DNA of 63,019 nt, counting the filler, from Lenisia limosa (lineage: Eukaryota > Protista > Breviatea), in assembly GCA_001655205.1 (NCBI GenBank). It is 12 parts of 12 records of this genome, joined end to end, with 100 filler letters (N's around TTAATTAATTAA, not from the genome) between each part and the next. Parts side by side here need not be neighbours in the genome. Positions count along the whole stretch, not along the records: positions 24,689 to 28,454 come from LPNZ01009025.1; positions 28,555 to 36,592 come from LPNZ01001656.1; positions 36,693 to 38,383 come from LPNZ01008736.1; positions 38,484 to 42,149 come from LPNZ01011487.1; 8 more parts are not named here. One strand, given 5' to 3'. The notes beneath the pieces are model-generated. The model was not told the DNA's origin. It ran no database searches and saw nothing but the letters and a program-made list of their open reading frames with translations. Both the position numbers and the translations under genes were made by a program. Positions 24,815-38,494 of the stretch are shown in pieces. Each line of letters opens with the position of its first letter. Positions within the stretch are counted from its first letter, which is position 1.

Positions 24815-27800
24815 TGGATGAACGTCACGATAATTCCGAGTCAGAAGGACCAACCTCCCCTCCTCTTCGTCGGAGCTGGTATGCGCCCCAACGGATTTGA
24901 TTTGGGCTTTTTTTGTTTCATAAATTTTCCAATTTTACTCCCCCCCCCCCCNNNNNNNNNNNNNNNNNNNNNNNNNNNNNNNNNNNNNNNNNNNNNNNNN
25001 NNNNNNNNNNNNNNNNNNNNNNNNNNNNNNNNNNNNNNNNNNNNNNNNNNNNNNNNNNNNNNNNNNNNNNNNNNNNNNNNNNNNNNNNNNNNNNNNNNNN
25101 NNNNNNNNNNNNATGTAGATGTACAGGACAATGGCAGGAACGTTGCATTCACCAGACCCTTCCCCGCTTCATGCTACGGACGGGATGTGGGACGGTTTAT
25201 TGGTTCAGGTTGCTTTTTGGGTCATTATCACAGGTGTGAACGATCATTATCCACGAAGTGATTTGACACCTTGTATGATGATAATTGACCAACAGCTCTC
25301 AATAAAACTCTGATACCTCGGGGTAAACAAAGATTTGTTCATTCTTATTTCAGCCTTTTACCTCAATAACCATAATTCAGCCTGAGGGAGCATCTTCGCA
25401 ATTGAACTGTAGAAACAACGAAATTTCCTACATCACTGAAATCGGCGGATCAACTAAAGTGTAGGGTTTTTATTAAGTCTCAAAAAATTGGTGTTAAAGG
25501 GTTTATATGAAGGTACAGTCTTTAATTCCCTTTACCTTTGACAGTTTCCTATGGCTGTTTGTTCATCTTGAATTTTTTAGATTCAACGCCATTACCTCTT
25601 ATTTGGTTTATATTAAGCTTCAGACATTTTCCATTCAAACACATACTAATCATGCCACCTGACGCACATTAATTGATCTATTATCCATAAAATGCCCCTC
25701 TAACTTGTACCCATTCCCCTCATATCACTCTCCCTACCAGATGGCACGTCAAACGTCCGACCAAGGCCAAGATCGGTGTTTCCTCCATCTCCACCCCGCC
25801 CGTTGTTGACTCGCGAGATGACGCCTTAAAGGCCGAACCAACTGAACAGTACATTGTGGGGGATGAGGCTTTCTTTTACCATGTTCTGTCCTGCTCTACA
25901 TTATTCGTTCCAAAACAATACGCACGTCTTCCCCGATTAACACCACCATTCACACACAAGCTCAAGTCTTCCCCTATCATTAATACAAGATACGCACACT
26001 CCTGAAACAGATCCCCCATTTCCCAAAAAAGCCACACACCTAACAACCCATGATACACGCATAGCTCCTAACCCCACAGCCCTCAGAAAACCCTCACGAG
26101 GACATGATGACCACTATGGCCACCCATCCCTCCGGCCTAGTAGCATTCTCCTCTCATGACGGTGCTATCTCTATCTGGAGTACTTCTGATCCCGCTGTTC
26201 CCGCCCACGTGTTTAAAATCCCAAGATACGCGCCAAATTGCGACGCGGTTGGTGGAGATTTGTTGATTTGCTCCCCCCAGGACTTCGCTTTGATCCAAAA
26301 ATACAACCCAATTTCTCGATAAATCCTCGAAAACATTTCATATATAATAGGATCATAAATAATAAATGAACGTTTTTCAACTCTCCTCGGTTCTATACCC
26401 CGCAAGTAACGCATATCATTTTTTCACACACCTCCCGACCACTGTTATCGACAATTTACATTATTTTTAATAATAACCCCACAGTTCTACATGATTTTAG
26501 TAATACCCCCTCCAACACACACACCAGGCATTTTACAATCTCCTTCCCACCATCATCGACGAATTGAATCATGTGAAGTAATTACCCGACCATATAGCAG
26601 ATATGATTATACTAATATCCCATCCGGCAGGTCTCACACATGATGGACACCGCGGACGCGTCAGCCAAGGGTCTTTGCTTCATCAATGACAACGAACTTC
26701 TTCTCTGCCGCGAGCCGAGCAGAGACCACAATAGTGCCCTCTACTTGTACGTATTGAGCTCAAAATCTGTAAGATGAGGGGGTGACATGACAGGCTCTCT
26801 TTTTGTTTTGAAGTCAATCGGTGGGACAACTCAAAATTACTGGGACTTCTTTGTTTGGTACATATTATGTTTTTCCCCGGAGTTGATTTTGGGTCTTTTT
26901 TAAAAATAATTTTCCAATTTACCCCCCCCCCTCCCCCAGATAGTGACCCTGTCAGAAGGTCTCGACATTTCCAAGGCTTTCCTCGATGAACCTCGACACG
27001 TGGGGGGTTAAGAACAAGAAAACTTTTTTTTTACGCAAATCCAGAGATTCAAGACCAATAAATGAGGGTACAAATAAATGGGGGTGCCCTAAGACAAATA
27101 CATGGGGGTACTGTAAGCACAGTTACCACACATGCCGCACGACTTCAGTCACCTACCCCTCTCAACCACCGCCCATCTTAACCCCTCCACAATTATTAAA
27201 CTATTTATACATTTCTCCTATAACCAAGTAATCGACATATTCACCCCTTCCCTTAACTATATAAACACTGACTAACCGCACAGAGAGTGATCCTCACCGG
27301 CAATCGCAGCCTCTTTACTCTGGACCTCCATAACTACTCTCTCAAAGAGATGGACACCGAGGTGTGTTGAGGGGGTATGAGCGTTGACATATTAATAAAT
27401 GATGTGATGTTCCTATTTTGTTTGATTTTGACGCACATCACCACCACTTCACCCCCTCCAAGCCCCCCTCCCCCCTTTTTATCATCAAAATGTCCTTCTT
27501 TTCACGTACGTTGGAGTGATGGGATGTGGTGCTGCAGAAGTGACTGACCTGGGCTCTGTTTGTATTGTTATCAACCCTCGTGTGTTGTCAGTCAACAGAC
27601 TTGATTTGGGTTTTTTTTATGTCATAAATTATCCAATCTTACTCCGCACCCCCCAGCCCAATATTCTGATGCGTCGAGAGGAGCTGACCGGTATTTACAT
27701 CCGTCCACGCCTCCCTGTTGCTATTAGCACTGATGGTGGGAGTGTAGTGTTATTGGTGATGATGATGATGGTGGAAGATGATGTCTTTAAGTCGAACTCT

Positions 27801-28454
27801 GGCCTGGTCCTCTTGTGAACATCCTCTATGTTCTGACTTCATTTTAGGCGATCTGCTGATACCGTCCTTAACTAAGAATATGACTTTGGTTCTTACGGAT
27901 GATAAAAAAGGTTAGCAACATAGTGGGAATATCATATCTACCATTTGTAGTATGTTAACTCACACCTCTTTGTGGACTCGGTGAAATTTATTGAGACATT
28001 AATTTGGAATTTTAAAGTGGGGTGTAGTGTACATGAACTTCCTCATAAATAGAAAGAACATTCTACCCCTCCACAGTTAACATATATGTACCTCCTCCGC
28101 CTTTAACCGTTAAGCACATTCTCTTCCCATTTCGCCAGTTCATACTCCTAACTAATCCTCCAGACGAAAACGAAGAACTCGAGTCGGACTACGAGTGTGA
28201 ATGGGAAAACGACTACATCGGCCAAGGACACGCCTGCATCCACACCCAAGACCATCGCTTTGCTGCCAACTACCGTGGAGGCTTCGATGGCAACCATGGA
28301 GGTGGGGAGGCTTCGATGGCAACCATGGAGGTGGGGAGGCTTCCATGGAGGTGGGGAGGCTTCGATGACAACCATGGAGGTGGGGAGGCTTCGATGGCAA
28401 CCATGGAGGTGGGGAGGGGTCAGGCAAATGATTGTTATATTTCAATATCTCTTA
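24815..28454 (+). CDS. WD40/beta-propeller-like protein (partial)
   Basis: Exon PHEDMMTTMATHPSGLVAFSSHDGAISIWSTS (~26080-26225) fits a WD40 repeat. Further beta-rich exons: SAKGLCFINDNELLLCREP (~26630-26750) and RVILTGNRSLFTLDLHNY (~27283-27361). Confidence 0.55.
27505..27656 (+). repeat. Family B intronic C-tailed repeat, longest copy (core CAGCCAACAGAGTTGATTTTGGGCTTTTTTGTTTCATAAATTTTCCAATTTTACTCCCCCCC)
   Basis: About 20 full or partial copies: 15178, 16355(-), 24890, 26879, 37037, 38672, 38965, 39222, 39843, 40575, 42312(-), 43100-43455(-), 43660(-), 45166(-), 48540, 56088, 58822, 61754(-), 62093. No TIR or TSD found. Confidence 0.85.
28278..28413 (+). repeat. 29-bp tandem repeat GAGGCTTCGATGGCAACCATGGAGGTGGG (four full units plus one 20-bp unit)
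   Basis: Units start at 28278, 28307, 28336 (short), 28356 and 28385. Confidence 0.9.
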
Positions 28455-28554
28455 NNNNNNNNNNNNNNNNNNNNNNNNNNNNNNNNNNNNNNNNNNNNTT
28501 AATTAATTAANNNNNNNNNNNNNNNNNNNNNNNNNNNNNNNNNNNNNNNNNNNN

Positions 28555-29870
28555 AGCCCACATCGAAGTTTCTTGATGACTTCTTTCGCTTATCAGGACT
28601 GGCAGCGAGCATCTTCTGCGCAACCCCTACACAACGTAAATTGAGAACACTCGTTTTATCATTTCCTTTGGAAAAAAAATTCAGGTTCACTTTCCGGAAA
28701 TCCCCTATCAGCCTCGAAATGCTGAGAGTATATGAAAACAATGCGTGAGAAGCAATTTGTTTTACTACGGTATCCCTTCGCAGAGTGTTGTTGTGGGTAA
28801 CTTCAGTCTCTTTATAGTTCTCTCTCAAAATATGATGTAATATACTGTGACCAGGATAAGTCCTCAACTATTTTCCTTGGAGAAGTCTAGCAAATCGGTC
28901 AACACTTATCCCTGTCACAGTATATTCGCCGAAACTTGATAGAAGAAAAGCCCTTCGATTTTTAACATTATCCTCGTATTGCCTACGAGCTGGAGAAGGA
29001 GCAAAGAGATCAACATCATTGCGAAGAGGGGAGTTGCCTTTGGTGTACCTAAAACGGTTACAACAAGGGATTCCCTATGGTCCGAAAAGGACTGCTAAAT
29101 ATAGATATTCTAAGACGATTTCGAGAAATTCAGTCTTTTTTGGTACTGCAGGCAATGTATCGACACCCCATCAAAAATCTGGCGAAGAGCCATTGCATGC
29201 CAACTTACTTTCTGAGAAGGTTTTGGGTGGTCTTGTACTTATTCTTCTCCACAATACGAGCAAGAATTTCAGACTGCTCGTCACAGCAGAGCTGTCTTTT
29301 TGTGGCTGAAAATATCAAAACAGGAATTGGACACACAAGTGATAGTTAGGGATGCCAAAAGGGATATTAAGAGAGGTTTAACAACGCAATTACATGATTT
29401 TTAACCATCCCACAGCTCGTATAACTCCCTCCTCACCGAGTCCCTTCAGACGGAAATTGGCAGCACCGTTCACAAGCTTGCAGAAGATATAGCTCCTAAA
29501 GCTGTCACCAATTCGATCTTTCTTTGAGCAATATGTTGTGTCAAATTCAAATTTGGCATCTTCACACTTATCTACCAAGAAGCCCATTGCCACCCACAAG
29601 ACAGGTGCAGAGATGAGACAAAGGAGGATGTAAAGCTTGGTCGAGGCGGAGGCATCCAAGACGTTGATCGCCGTGGCCATGAATGCTACTCCGACAAACA
29701 CGCTAAGAACGCCAAACCATGCCGTTTTGCGGGTCAAAGAGCTTCGTTTGTCAATCCACCATTCACGAAGGTGATCGATCTACAAGAGATAAGAACAAAC
29801 ACAGTCATGACAGACAAACCTCAGTGATGTCTGCTTCAAGCTTCTCCAGGAGGCTCTCTTCGTCCTGTCA
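28555..29870 (-). CDS. Multi-exon membrane protein of unknown function
   Basis: Exon IDHLREWWIDKRSSLTRKTAWFGVLSVFVGVAFMATAINVL..LYILLCLISAPVLWVAMGFLVDKC (two TM segments) preceded by DEESLLEKLEADITE. Confidence 0.45.
28845..28920. mobile_element. Tc1/mariner-type MITE family D
   Basis: TA|CTGTGACCAGGATAAGT...ACTTATCCCTGTCACAG|TA. Confidence 0.85.
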
Positions 29871-30599
29871 TAATTAACACTTTTAACCTCGAAAAGGAGT
29901 TCAAACCGGTTGGGCAAAGAAATTCTTGAATAGTCTCATTTTGATGTTGGGGGGAGGCAAACCTTTTAAAACTCTGATTCCCTAAAAACTAACTAAACAC
30001 TAATATTTTTTGATACAGATCACATAAAGGAACATTAGCAATGAAAAAATATGTGAAGTCAAGAAGTCCCGGCCTGGGATCTCATTTTTTAATTGAAGGC
30101 TGGCTGGCACCCTGTACCCTCCAGGGGCTCCGAAACTCAAGGGGAACTGGTATTGAGGTATTGAATTATTTATTATTGAATTCTTGAATGCTTTTTATGA
30201 CCAGTTTTACTATTGTGGTGGAACTGGTGTAGTTTTGATACCATATATGGCAAGTGGTGCTGTTGTACTCTCTTTTCTTGGTGTTTCGATAAAAATTAAA
30301 GTAGTATTACCGCAACAAGTAAAACTCGTTTTCAAGAAATACAACAGAAGGTTCAGAAAAGACACCTGTGAATAACCACCAGGTAGGCTGTTCAGTTGCT
30401 GTTTGAACTTCATTCTCATGATTTCTTAATAACTGTGTCATTTGCTATTTCAAAGAAATTGTTTTTATTCTTTTAATATTGAATAATAAACAATTGGACA
30501 CTTCGGTATGCTCAATGGCTTATCTCGCCGCCCGCTATTCCACATTTGAATGTTGTTATAAGCCACTGAAGTACCACAATTACAGGCTAACTCATTGTT

Positions 30600-33581
30600 T
30601 AGGTGAGATCACTCATACAGCCACTATCCAGCTAGATTCGCTCATCATAAGACGATATCAATATGAGGTATTGTAATATTGTGTTCCATTGTTCTATTTT
30701 GTCGTTAATCTTACAGCTTCCCTCCCACAAAACGGCAGAGGCCCCTCGGCCTAATATAGGAGATGAATATGATGAAGTGACTAGACAATCAAAAGGTATC
30801 CGTGTGTAAATAATTATTGAGTATCAGTTTTGATAATTGAGACATTCTTAAGCACACAAGTCGATATTGTAGTTCGTAAAGTTTTTTCTTTCGATTTCAA
30901 AGGGCCTTCGAAATTAGAGGCTTTATTGAGGACTAAGAATTTTGGAACTGAAGTTAGGTTTCAGTAATACAGAATATTCCAATGTAGCGGCGTTGTCAAT
31001 GTCACAGCTTGGTGGAATTTTTAGTGCACAGACAATATTTATTTGTATAAAAGCCCTATTTCTAGAAATACTTTTACCATATTTTGAGAAAAATAATTAA
31101 TGCCTATATTTATTCGACTTTAGTTTGTTTTGGATAGGGGGAGGAGACCTTGTCGTGACATAAATATGATTCTTAAAACAGCGCATTTTTGTTTAACTAT
31201 TTCAGGTACAGGCCTGAGTGTAGGAGCTGTCAATATCCAAAAGCTCAATCTTTCATCGAAGTATACTGAATTAGAAAACATTAACTTCAATGATGTGGTA
31301 ATTCTGCCAAGCAAATGGGAACCACCAATGTGGTACTGGTATAATTGCTTGTCACTATTTGTGCAAGTTGAATTTGACCACAACATCAAAGAATGGACAA
31401 TTGTGTCAAGCACCAATTACTCTGATCTCGATTTAACTATGAAACCAGGATGTGATAAGTAGTTTGTCACAATTCATAGTATGCATTGTTTTAATAATGT
31501 TTTTTGACAATTATAGGTAAAGATATTGACAATTTTTCGCTTAAAAACTACCTAAAAGATTGGGCTGGAAGTAGTCTGCGCGCAATTGGAAATTCAGCTG
31601 TTGCAAAAAACATCCAACAGTGTCACTCACTCTTCATAAATAATATCTACGTTTTCAAGCCACACCTTAGAGGAATGGTGTCAAACAATTACAATCTAAG
31701 TGACCAACTGCATAGAATGGCTCCTGATGACGTGTTCCAAAAGGAAAACATCTATTTATACAGCTCTAAAGGTTTGGTACGGTACTGAATTTAGAACTTC
31801 GGGCGAAGGTACCCGGTATGTAATATTTACAGCATCTATTACAATTTTTCAAATTATATTTCCAATATACTAGCTATGTAGATAATTATTATTGTAAAAT
31901 ATCCCATAGTGACATTGTCATCAACCAAGGCAATGTATTCAATATCTACCACTAATTGGACTAGAAAAGGACAGGAATTACGGCAAAGAACCCCACCCAC
32001 CCTACCCACAAGGTCTAACTTCCCGACTAATGTTTACAAAGAAGCATGTCAAACTGAATTCCCCCAAAAACGGTGAGTACATTATCAAGGCCTCTTCTTT
32101 AACCAAAATTAACCATTTACAGCCCTTATGAAGTCCAATGTGGTCACGTCTTGCCTCGATATATTCCACCGAAATATGCAATCGGTTTGGTTTTGGGTAC
32201 CGAAATCTTCATTATCTGTGGTCAATCTCGCCCCATCTTCCCTATTTCTAACATAATCTAATATAACACTAATCAAATTAATATCGTATAAGTGTGAGGG
32301 CATGTGATATTATATCTTTCCAGAACCAACCTATTTCTTTTACTCTCATTTCTACATAAATTCACACATTCTTAGATTATGGTGTCGTCTGTGGTGTTGT
32401 CATGTTTTGACTTCATTTTGTAGGAGGGAATCATAAATATGGCTGTGTTTTTGGATTTTCTGAAATCGGATGAGGCTACAATTATGTAATACCTTAATAC
32501 GACCCATGAATAACAATTCATTTAGCACATCATAGTGTTTCTTCTAATTTGATACCCAATCTAAAACGTTTCAAGAATGATTGGCCCAAATGAAAATCGA
32601 CCACATCATTCTGATTTCTTGCCTAAGTTGCAGGAGGTAAGCGTCATTTACATGTATATAAAGTGACGACTATACGGATTCGTATGCTCAAGTTAAAAAA
32701 TTGAACCGCAATTAGCGACATATGTATATGCTTCACACCGTCTTAATTATATCGCAGTATGACATTATAGGTAATTAGATTAGCTGAATTAATGTTTGAT
32801 GACATGCTAAAAGGAAACCCTGGCTGTTTTCGTCTCCCAGCTTTGGTGGTAATGACCAACGACGTAGGTGTTAAGCACAATATCTTGTAAATAACATGAA
32901 TTGTCAATTTAACACATTATAGGATAATCCAGAAACCACATGGGCATGTATTGGTAGGAATTGTTTCTGGTTGTAGAAAAACTGAGGCCTTTTCATCTTA
33001 TAATATTCTAATAATACACTAAGGAAAAATTCAAAGATATTTGAAGCCATATATATCATTGTCAATTTTACTAGTTTTAACCAGTATCAAGAGTCGAAAT
33101 AATATCACAGCGGTCGTCTGAAATCAAAGGTCCTCACTCCGGTACATTAGTTCAGGTTAGTCCAATGCAGAGTTGCCAGTTTGTAAAAGGAATAGTCATG
33201 ACCGATAGTTGGATTCAATCTGTTGAAAATAACATTACAAGATAATATATAGGAGAATGGCATTTGGAGTTAAGGCTATTGTTTTACAGAAATACGTATT
33301 GCAACGGTGATCAGTGAAAAACATGTGTTACTATCCAAATAGGTTGTACTGTTTGGAACAGCCGCCATCCTTCAAGAGTATGCTGTAGACTGTTGTCGTG
33401 TATTCAAGTGTTGCAATTATGGATTTATTCTTGCATAGCATGATAATCCTCTATGTATGGATCTCCTGTGAAATGATAACATTGACCAAGATGTTATTTC
33501 TGTAGAACCCCGACGATCAAGTATTTGGTCATTGGTGGCGAAACAATTGAACTTCCTGAAAACAATCCACTATTGATCCAA
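30600..33581 (+). CDS. Micro-exon-rich gene of unknown function
   Basis: Many short AG...GT open exons, e.g. EITHTATIQLDSLIIRRYQYE, KDIDNFSLKNYLKDWAGSSLRAIG, PYEVQCGHVLPRYIPPKYAIGLV, TPTIKYLVIGGETIELPENNPLLIQ. Confidence 0.4.
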
Positions 33582-33786
33582 GGTTTGTATCTCCTTGCAA
33601 TCTTCCTGATTTACCTAATTAGAATGCGCATCATTGGGTATGGTTAAGGTAGGCCAAATATTTGATTAGATATCATATACAGTATATGTATAATATCATA
33701 TTGTGCTACTGTTTTAATATTCTGGATTAACATAATATAAGATTTGCTATTATTAAATATATGAATAAAAAGGGAATTCCTAAAAA

Positions 33787-34520
33787 ATGGTTTGGTATAG
33801 GGTTATAATTCTCTGCTCATTAAAACAAGACAGTTTATTAAATAGTTTCGAGTTCGGCTTCTTTTGGCGTTTGCTCTGGGACTTCAAGCCGAGGCGTTCA
33901 TCGATGCCCAGGTACAACTATTACACACGTGATTGCGAATCAACTCTTCTAAACTACAACCTCACCAAATAATGAACATTGTTTATACCCTAATATTATG
34001 ATTTCTTGACTACTTTACCCTAGTAATATGATTTCTTGACTGCTAATACTTGAAGAGCACAATTGCACGAACCGCTTCAAGACTCTTCGCGAACCCTTTG
34101 CCTGTTCCAGAAATGGTATTTCTTGCAGCTGTGTCATTTTTATTCTGCCAATCATGTTTGACAAAAGTAGGAAGAAGAAGAGGACATGCATAATGAGCTG
34201 GACATCAAAATTCACAAAATCGAATTGGACAAAGTAAGTAAACAGTAATGATTTCGAATATTATTCATCAGATGAACAATATGTGATAGCTGCAACAACC
34301 TAAAAACATAATATTTTAGTTATATCGTGACAATATTTAGACGCCATCAAAAGAGAAAATTCTTAAAATTAGTGCGACGATCATACCAGAGCAAGGAGCT
34401 AGCTATGAAAAGCCGCGGTTTTACCAAGGAAAATACGCTACTCACCCAGGCTGGATTATCCGGTACGAGGTTTATCGACCTTTGTATGATATCCATGACC
34501 AGTTCAATTTATGCCCCAAA
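33787..34520 (+). CDS. Putative secreted protein (partial)
   Basis: ATG|intron|FRVRLLLAFALGLQAEAFIDAQ is signal-peptide-like; followed by STIARTASRLFANPLPVPEM and DMHNELDIKIHKIELDK. Confidence 0.35.
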
Positions 34521-35905
34521 TAGAATCTTAAAATGACTTTGCATAATTCTGGCTGATATTTTTCTGATTACTTTCTAACCAAAATACTCTATTTCGCTCG
34601 CTAACTGTGATGAAATAATAATGAATGAATGTCATTACTACTTTTTACTCCAATTTAGCGCATTATCAGAAACTGGGGAAGTGTTGGCTTCATATTTATT
34701 TCATTCCATTTACCCTTGTACAAAATATGATATTGGAAATTCTAACATTCGAGCAAGAACAGTCTTGATATATTGTCAACATTTAACCAATTTTGAGTTT
34801 CAATGGGCTTCCACATTATTATGTTTCGAATCTCGGCAACAGAATATACAATTAAATAATAATTTCGAAAAGTTAGTTGGCCACTTAAAATCGCCCTCCA
34901 GGTGCAGCCCCCCACATAGTCCTGACGAACTTGATGCACTTTCGTCTGAATTGTAAGAGTGTTGCAGTATAATTATACTTGAAATAGTTTTCTGTCCAAA
35001 ATGTTCCAATAACACCATTTTAATAAGATTTGCTGCCCTGACAATTAAGTGAGACCACTTTTTGCCTGTATATATCAGGTAAAATCACCTCGTCAACCTT
35101 GCTGACAATTGACTGGATGTATTATGACCAATGGGGACTGTATAACGTGAGTTCTCTGAGTTTTGGTATTTGCCAAGCTAGGGGTTGATTATTAAACGAA
35201 ATCACTACTTTTGATAAATGAACTTTGCCAAAATCAATATTTGAGTCGTCCTTTCTATTACTCACCTACCCGTCATAATTCATCTAGAGACCCACATCAT
35301 ATTGATCACTTTTTCACTACTTTCATTGTTCCAATACAACGCTCTTTAGCCGACATAGTGCTTCACATCGCCTCCACAGTGTTGCGACTAATTATCAATT
35401 GTGCCATCTGTTACTGTGGAAGTAGAATAATATATCGAAACATGTAGCAACATTGGGTAGTTAGATATATGGCTTATTATTTCTACTACCCAAGGTAAAA
35501 ATTTGAAGATGAGCTGAAGTACTTTTTAAAGTAATCTCAATTATTAGCCATTCAAACCACAATTGAAAAAAAAATGACAATAATTATTTAATGAGTAAAA
35601 TTCAATTGTCAATCGCTGCATTGTTGATAATCCTTCTGGTGTGTGTAGAGTGTGCTGTGGAAGACGACTTATTGTACTAATAAAATAACAATTGTGTTCA
35701 ATATAAGGCAAATAAAAAAAAAACCACCACTTGCCACATTTGGGAAGAACAGGACATATAAACACTGGTACGACATTGGAATTCATGTTTGAATGTTTGC
35801 ACTGCATGCCTCAGCCTTTGTTAATTGAACATTGGTTAATTGTGTGTTTAAGACGCATTGAAAAATTTCGGAATACTACATACAAGTTGAAGTTTGGTGT
35901 AAAGA

Positions 35906-36150
35906 ATGTTCTCTTCCTCGGCACCTAAAGCCACTTCAAGGCGTAAAGCCGCCTTTAAAGTTCTATTTCTTTTTGTAGTTCTCTTTTCATTAAGCTACCT
36001 CTCCGTGAACAACCGTCAATCTTCTCTTATTTCGTCACGAACACTTCTCTCCACCCCTTCGGACCTTATTATGACTGGCGAATCGTCAGTAAGTTCTACG
36101 GAAGAAGATGACGATGATTCGGCATGTCTCCCCTTCTCCGCGCCTGATCA
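35906..36150 (+). CDS. First exon of a type II membrane protein (Golgi-enzyme-like topology)
   Basis: MFSSSAPKATSRRKAAFKVLFLFVVLFSLSYLSV: basic N-terminus, one TM segment, Ser/acidic stem, ending at CAG|GTTTGT. Confidence 0.45.
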
Positions 36151-36509
36151 GGTTTGTTAGCCACTTTACCCTTATCGATCGATTTGGATGATTATTTTAA
36201 GTTTCATTGGTCCACTGATTGGCAATTTATAGTTGTTTATTTGAGAAAATGCCAATTTTACTCCTCTACAATGATAATGATAGGAATCATCACTATCATC
36301 GTCATCATCATCATCATATTGAGGCCCCTTCAGTACTCATCATAATTGCAGTTTTTTCGTTGAAAAAAACTGACTATTATGATGACCATATCGTTTTGTG
36401 TCAACTCAACACAAGAATGTTTCTTCAAGATCTTTGCTGAATTCAATTATGAGATTTTTCTGGCCTATTCTGGAGAAATCTAGATTGCACAGAAAATTCC
36501 GCGCTATGA

Positions 36510-36510
<1 letters not shown>

Positions 36511-36542
<32 letters not shown>

Positions 36543-36562
36543 ACACACACACACACACACAC
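36511..36562. repeat. (CT)n(CA)n compound microsatellite
   Basis: Direct reading. Confidence 0.9.
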
Positions 36563-36884
36563 AATAAGCGACTGGGATTTGTTGGTGTTGTTNNNNNNNN
36601 NNNNNNNNNNNNNNNNNNNNNNNNNNNNNNNNNNNNTTAATTAATTAANNNNNNNNNNNNNNNNNNNNNNNNNNNNNNNNNNNNNNNNNNNNTTTTTTAT
36701 TGGGATTTTGTCAAAGGACTGTTGACTAAAACCGCATAATCAACTCTTTTCATTCACACCTTAAATAGTCCATTTTGGCCTGATTAGCACTTGCGAGAAA
36801 CAGCATCCTCTCCTCCCAACCTGTCCCTCTTTTCATAATAATACTTCCCGCTCACACAAAGGCGTTCCTTTCTTTACATGCATA

Positions 36885-36958
36885 CAGTGACCAGGATAAG
36901 TCTTGACCTATTTTCCTTGGGAATTCACTCGCAAATCGGTCGACTTATCCCGGTACTG
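36885..36958. mobile_element. Tc1/mariner-type MITE family D
   Basis: TA|CAGTGACCAGGATAAGTC...GACTTATCCCGGTACTG|TA; another copy at 37658-37735. Confidence 0.85.
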
Positions 36959-37991
36959 TAAATTGAATAATTTCAATAATAATTCAAACAAGGTGGTATT
37001 TAGAGTCTTAATATTGATACTTCCGTCCCTTTTGTTATCAGCCAACAGAGTTGATTTTGGGCTTTTCTGTTTCATAAGTCTTCCAATTTTACTCCCCCCC
37101 CCCCCCNNNNNNNNNNNNNNNNNNNNNNNNNNNNNNNNNNNNNNNNNNNNNNNNNNNNNNNNNNNNNNNGAAGGTTCCCAAGGTGGGGGTCCATTCAATA
37201 TGCGTTGCTTGATAACATTGATGATACGAACACTTTTTTCCTCAGGTATTAAAATGCCTTTAAGTAGTATCAGAAATGATGTTAACACACAATACCCTTT
37301 AAATGTTCACAAATTAATTGCGAAATCAATTACCTTGAGCCCCGCTAATTAGTTTATGATCCCTATGTGTTATTTGTTTCCCAAGGTTTTATTTAATGGG
37401 TCGCATTCTTGCTTCAATCGTTAACATACAGGTCGCGGGAGGACGACAGCGTTTCTTCCTTCTCTGGCGTGTCAGACGCGTCGGGAAGAGCCGAAGGTTG
37501 GGAGGACTGCAAACACATACTATGTATACTGAGTTGTCAAATGACTGGGTGAATTAATGTTATACTATAATCCCATATCTCTCATAAGCGTGATGGTGTG
37601 GACGGTGTCGGCCAGAGATTCAACCTTATTTTTTAATTTCATTGCTAAATATGCACACAGTGACCAGGATAAGTCTTGACCTATGTTCCTTGGATAATCA
37701 CATAGCAAATCGGTCAAAACTTATCCTGGTCCCTGTATAGCATACTTTGGGCCTAATTTCGGTTACAAGAAAAGACTGAATTTTCAATAAATTCCCGAAA
37801 ACTATCGATATTATACTGGTATTTTTTTATCCGAATTTTGCCTCATCACACATGTGATATAATCTAACAGTTTCATATCTCTTACCTATGTCAGAGACTC
37901 ACCCCACACCAGTTTCAACTTCCGCTAACCACCCCCCCCTCCCGCCACCTTTCTTACTCCATTAACACATGTTATACATATCTGTTACAGC

Positions 37992-38090
37992 TTGGGCTTC
38001 CCTTCGGTTTGAAGAAGAACGGTAAAATATCGATAGTTTTCGAGGATTTATCGAGAAATTCTGTCTTTTTCGAACCGAAGTGAAGCCCTA
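37992..38090. mobile_element. hAT-type MITE family A
   Basis: TIRs GGGCTTCCCTTCGGTT...AACCGAAGTGAAGCCC; TSD GTTACAGC/GATACATC (6/8). Confidence 0.85.
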
Positions 38091-38494
38091 GATACATCTA
38101 ACTCCCTTACTCTATTACACATGTNNNNNNNNNNNNNNNNNNNNNNNNNNNNNNNNNNNNNNNNNNNNNNNNNNNNNNNNNNNNNNNNNNNNNNNNCATG
38201 TATTGCGCTCTATCTGGCTTGGCTCAAGACCGTATTCCCCCAGGTGTGAGGGTAGTCATGGAGATGGTTCTTACATTATTATAAATTTGGGTTTTCATTT
38301 TTTGCAGTAAGTCTTTATTGAAACTAGGATAATTTAATACTAAATCCCACAAAATACCTCTCAAGCTACATGTACACGTATAANNNNNNNNNNNNNNNNN
38401 NNNNNNNNNNNNNNNNNNNNNNNNNNNTTAATTAATTAANNNNNNNNNNNNNNNNNNNNNNNNNNNNNNNNNNNNNNNNNNNNACCCCCCTCAG

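Noticed and set aside
36903-37352. Many listed ORFs (e.g. LSANRVDFGLFCF.., RFEKDCQNIDIYREF..) recurring as similar peptides
   Set aside because: They are translations of repeat families A, B and D or read through N gaps; they are not a protein family.
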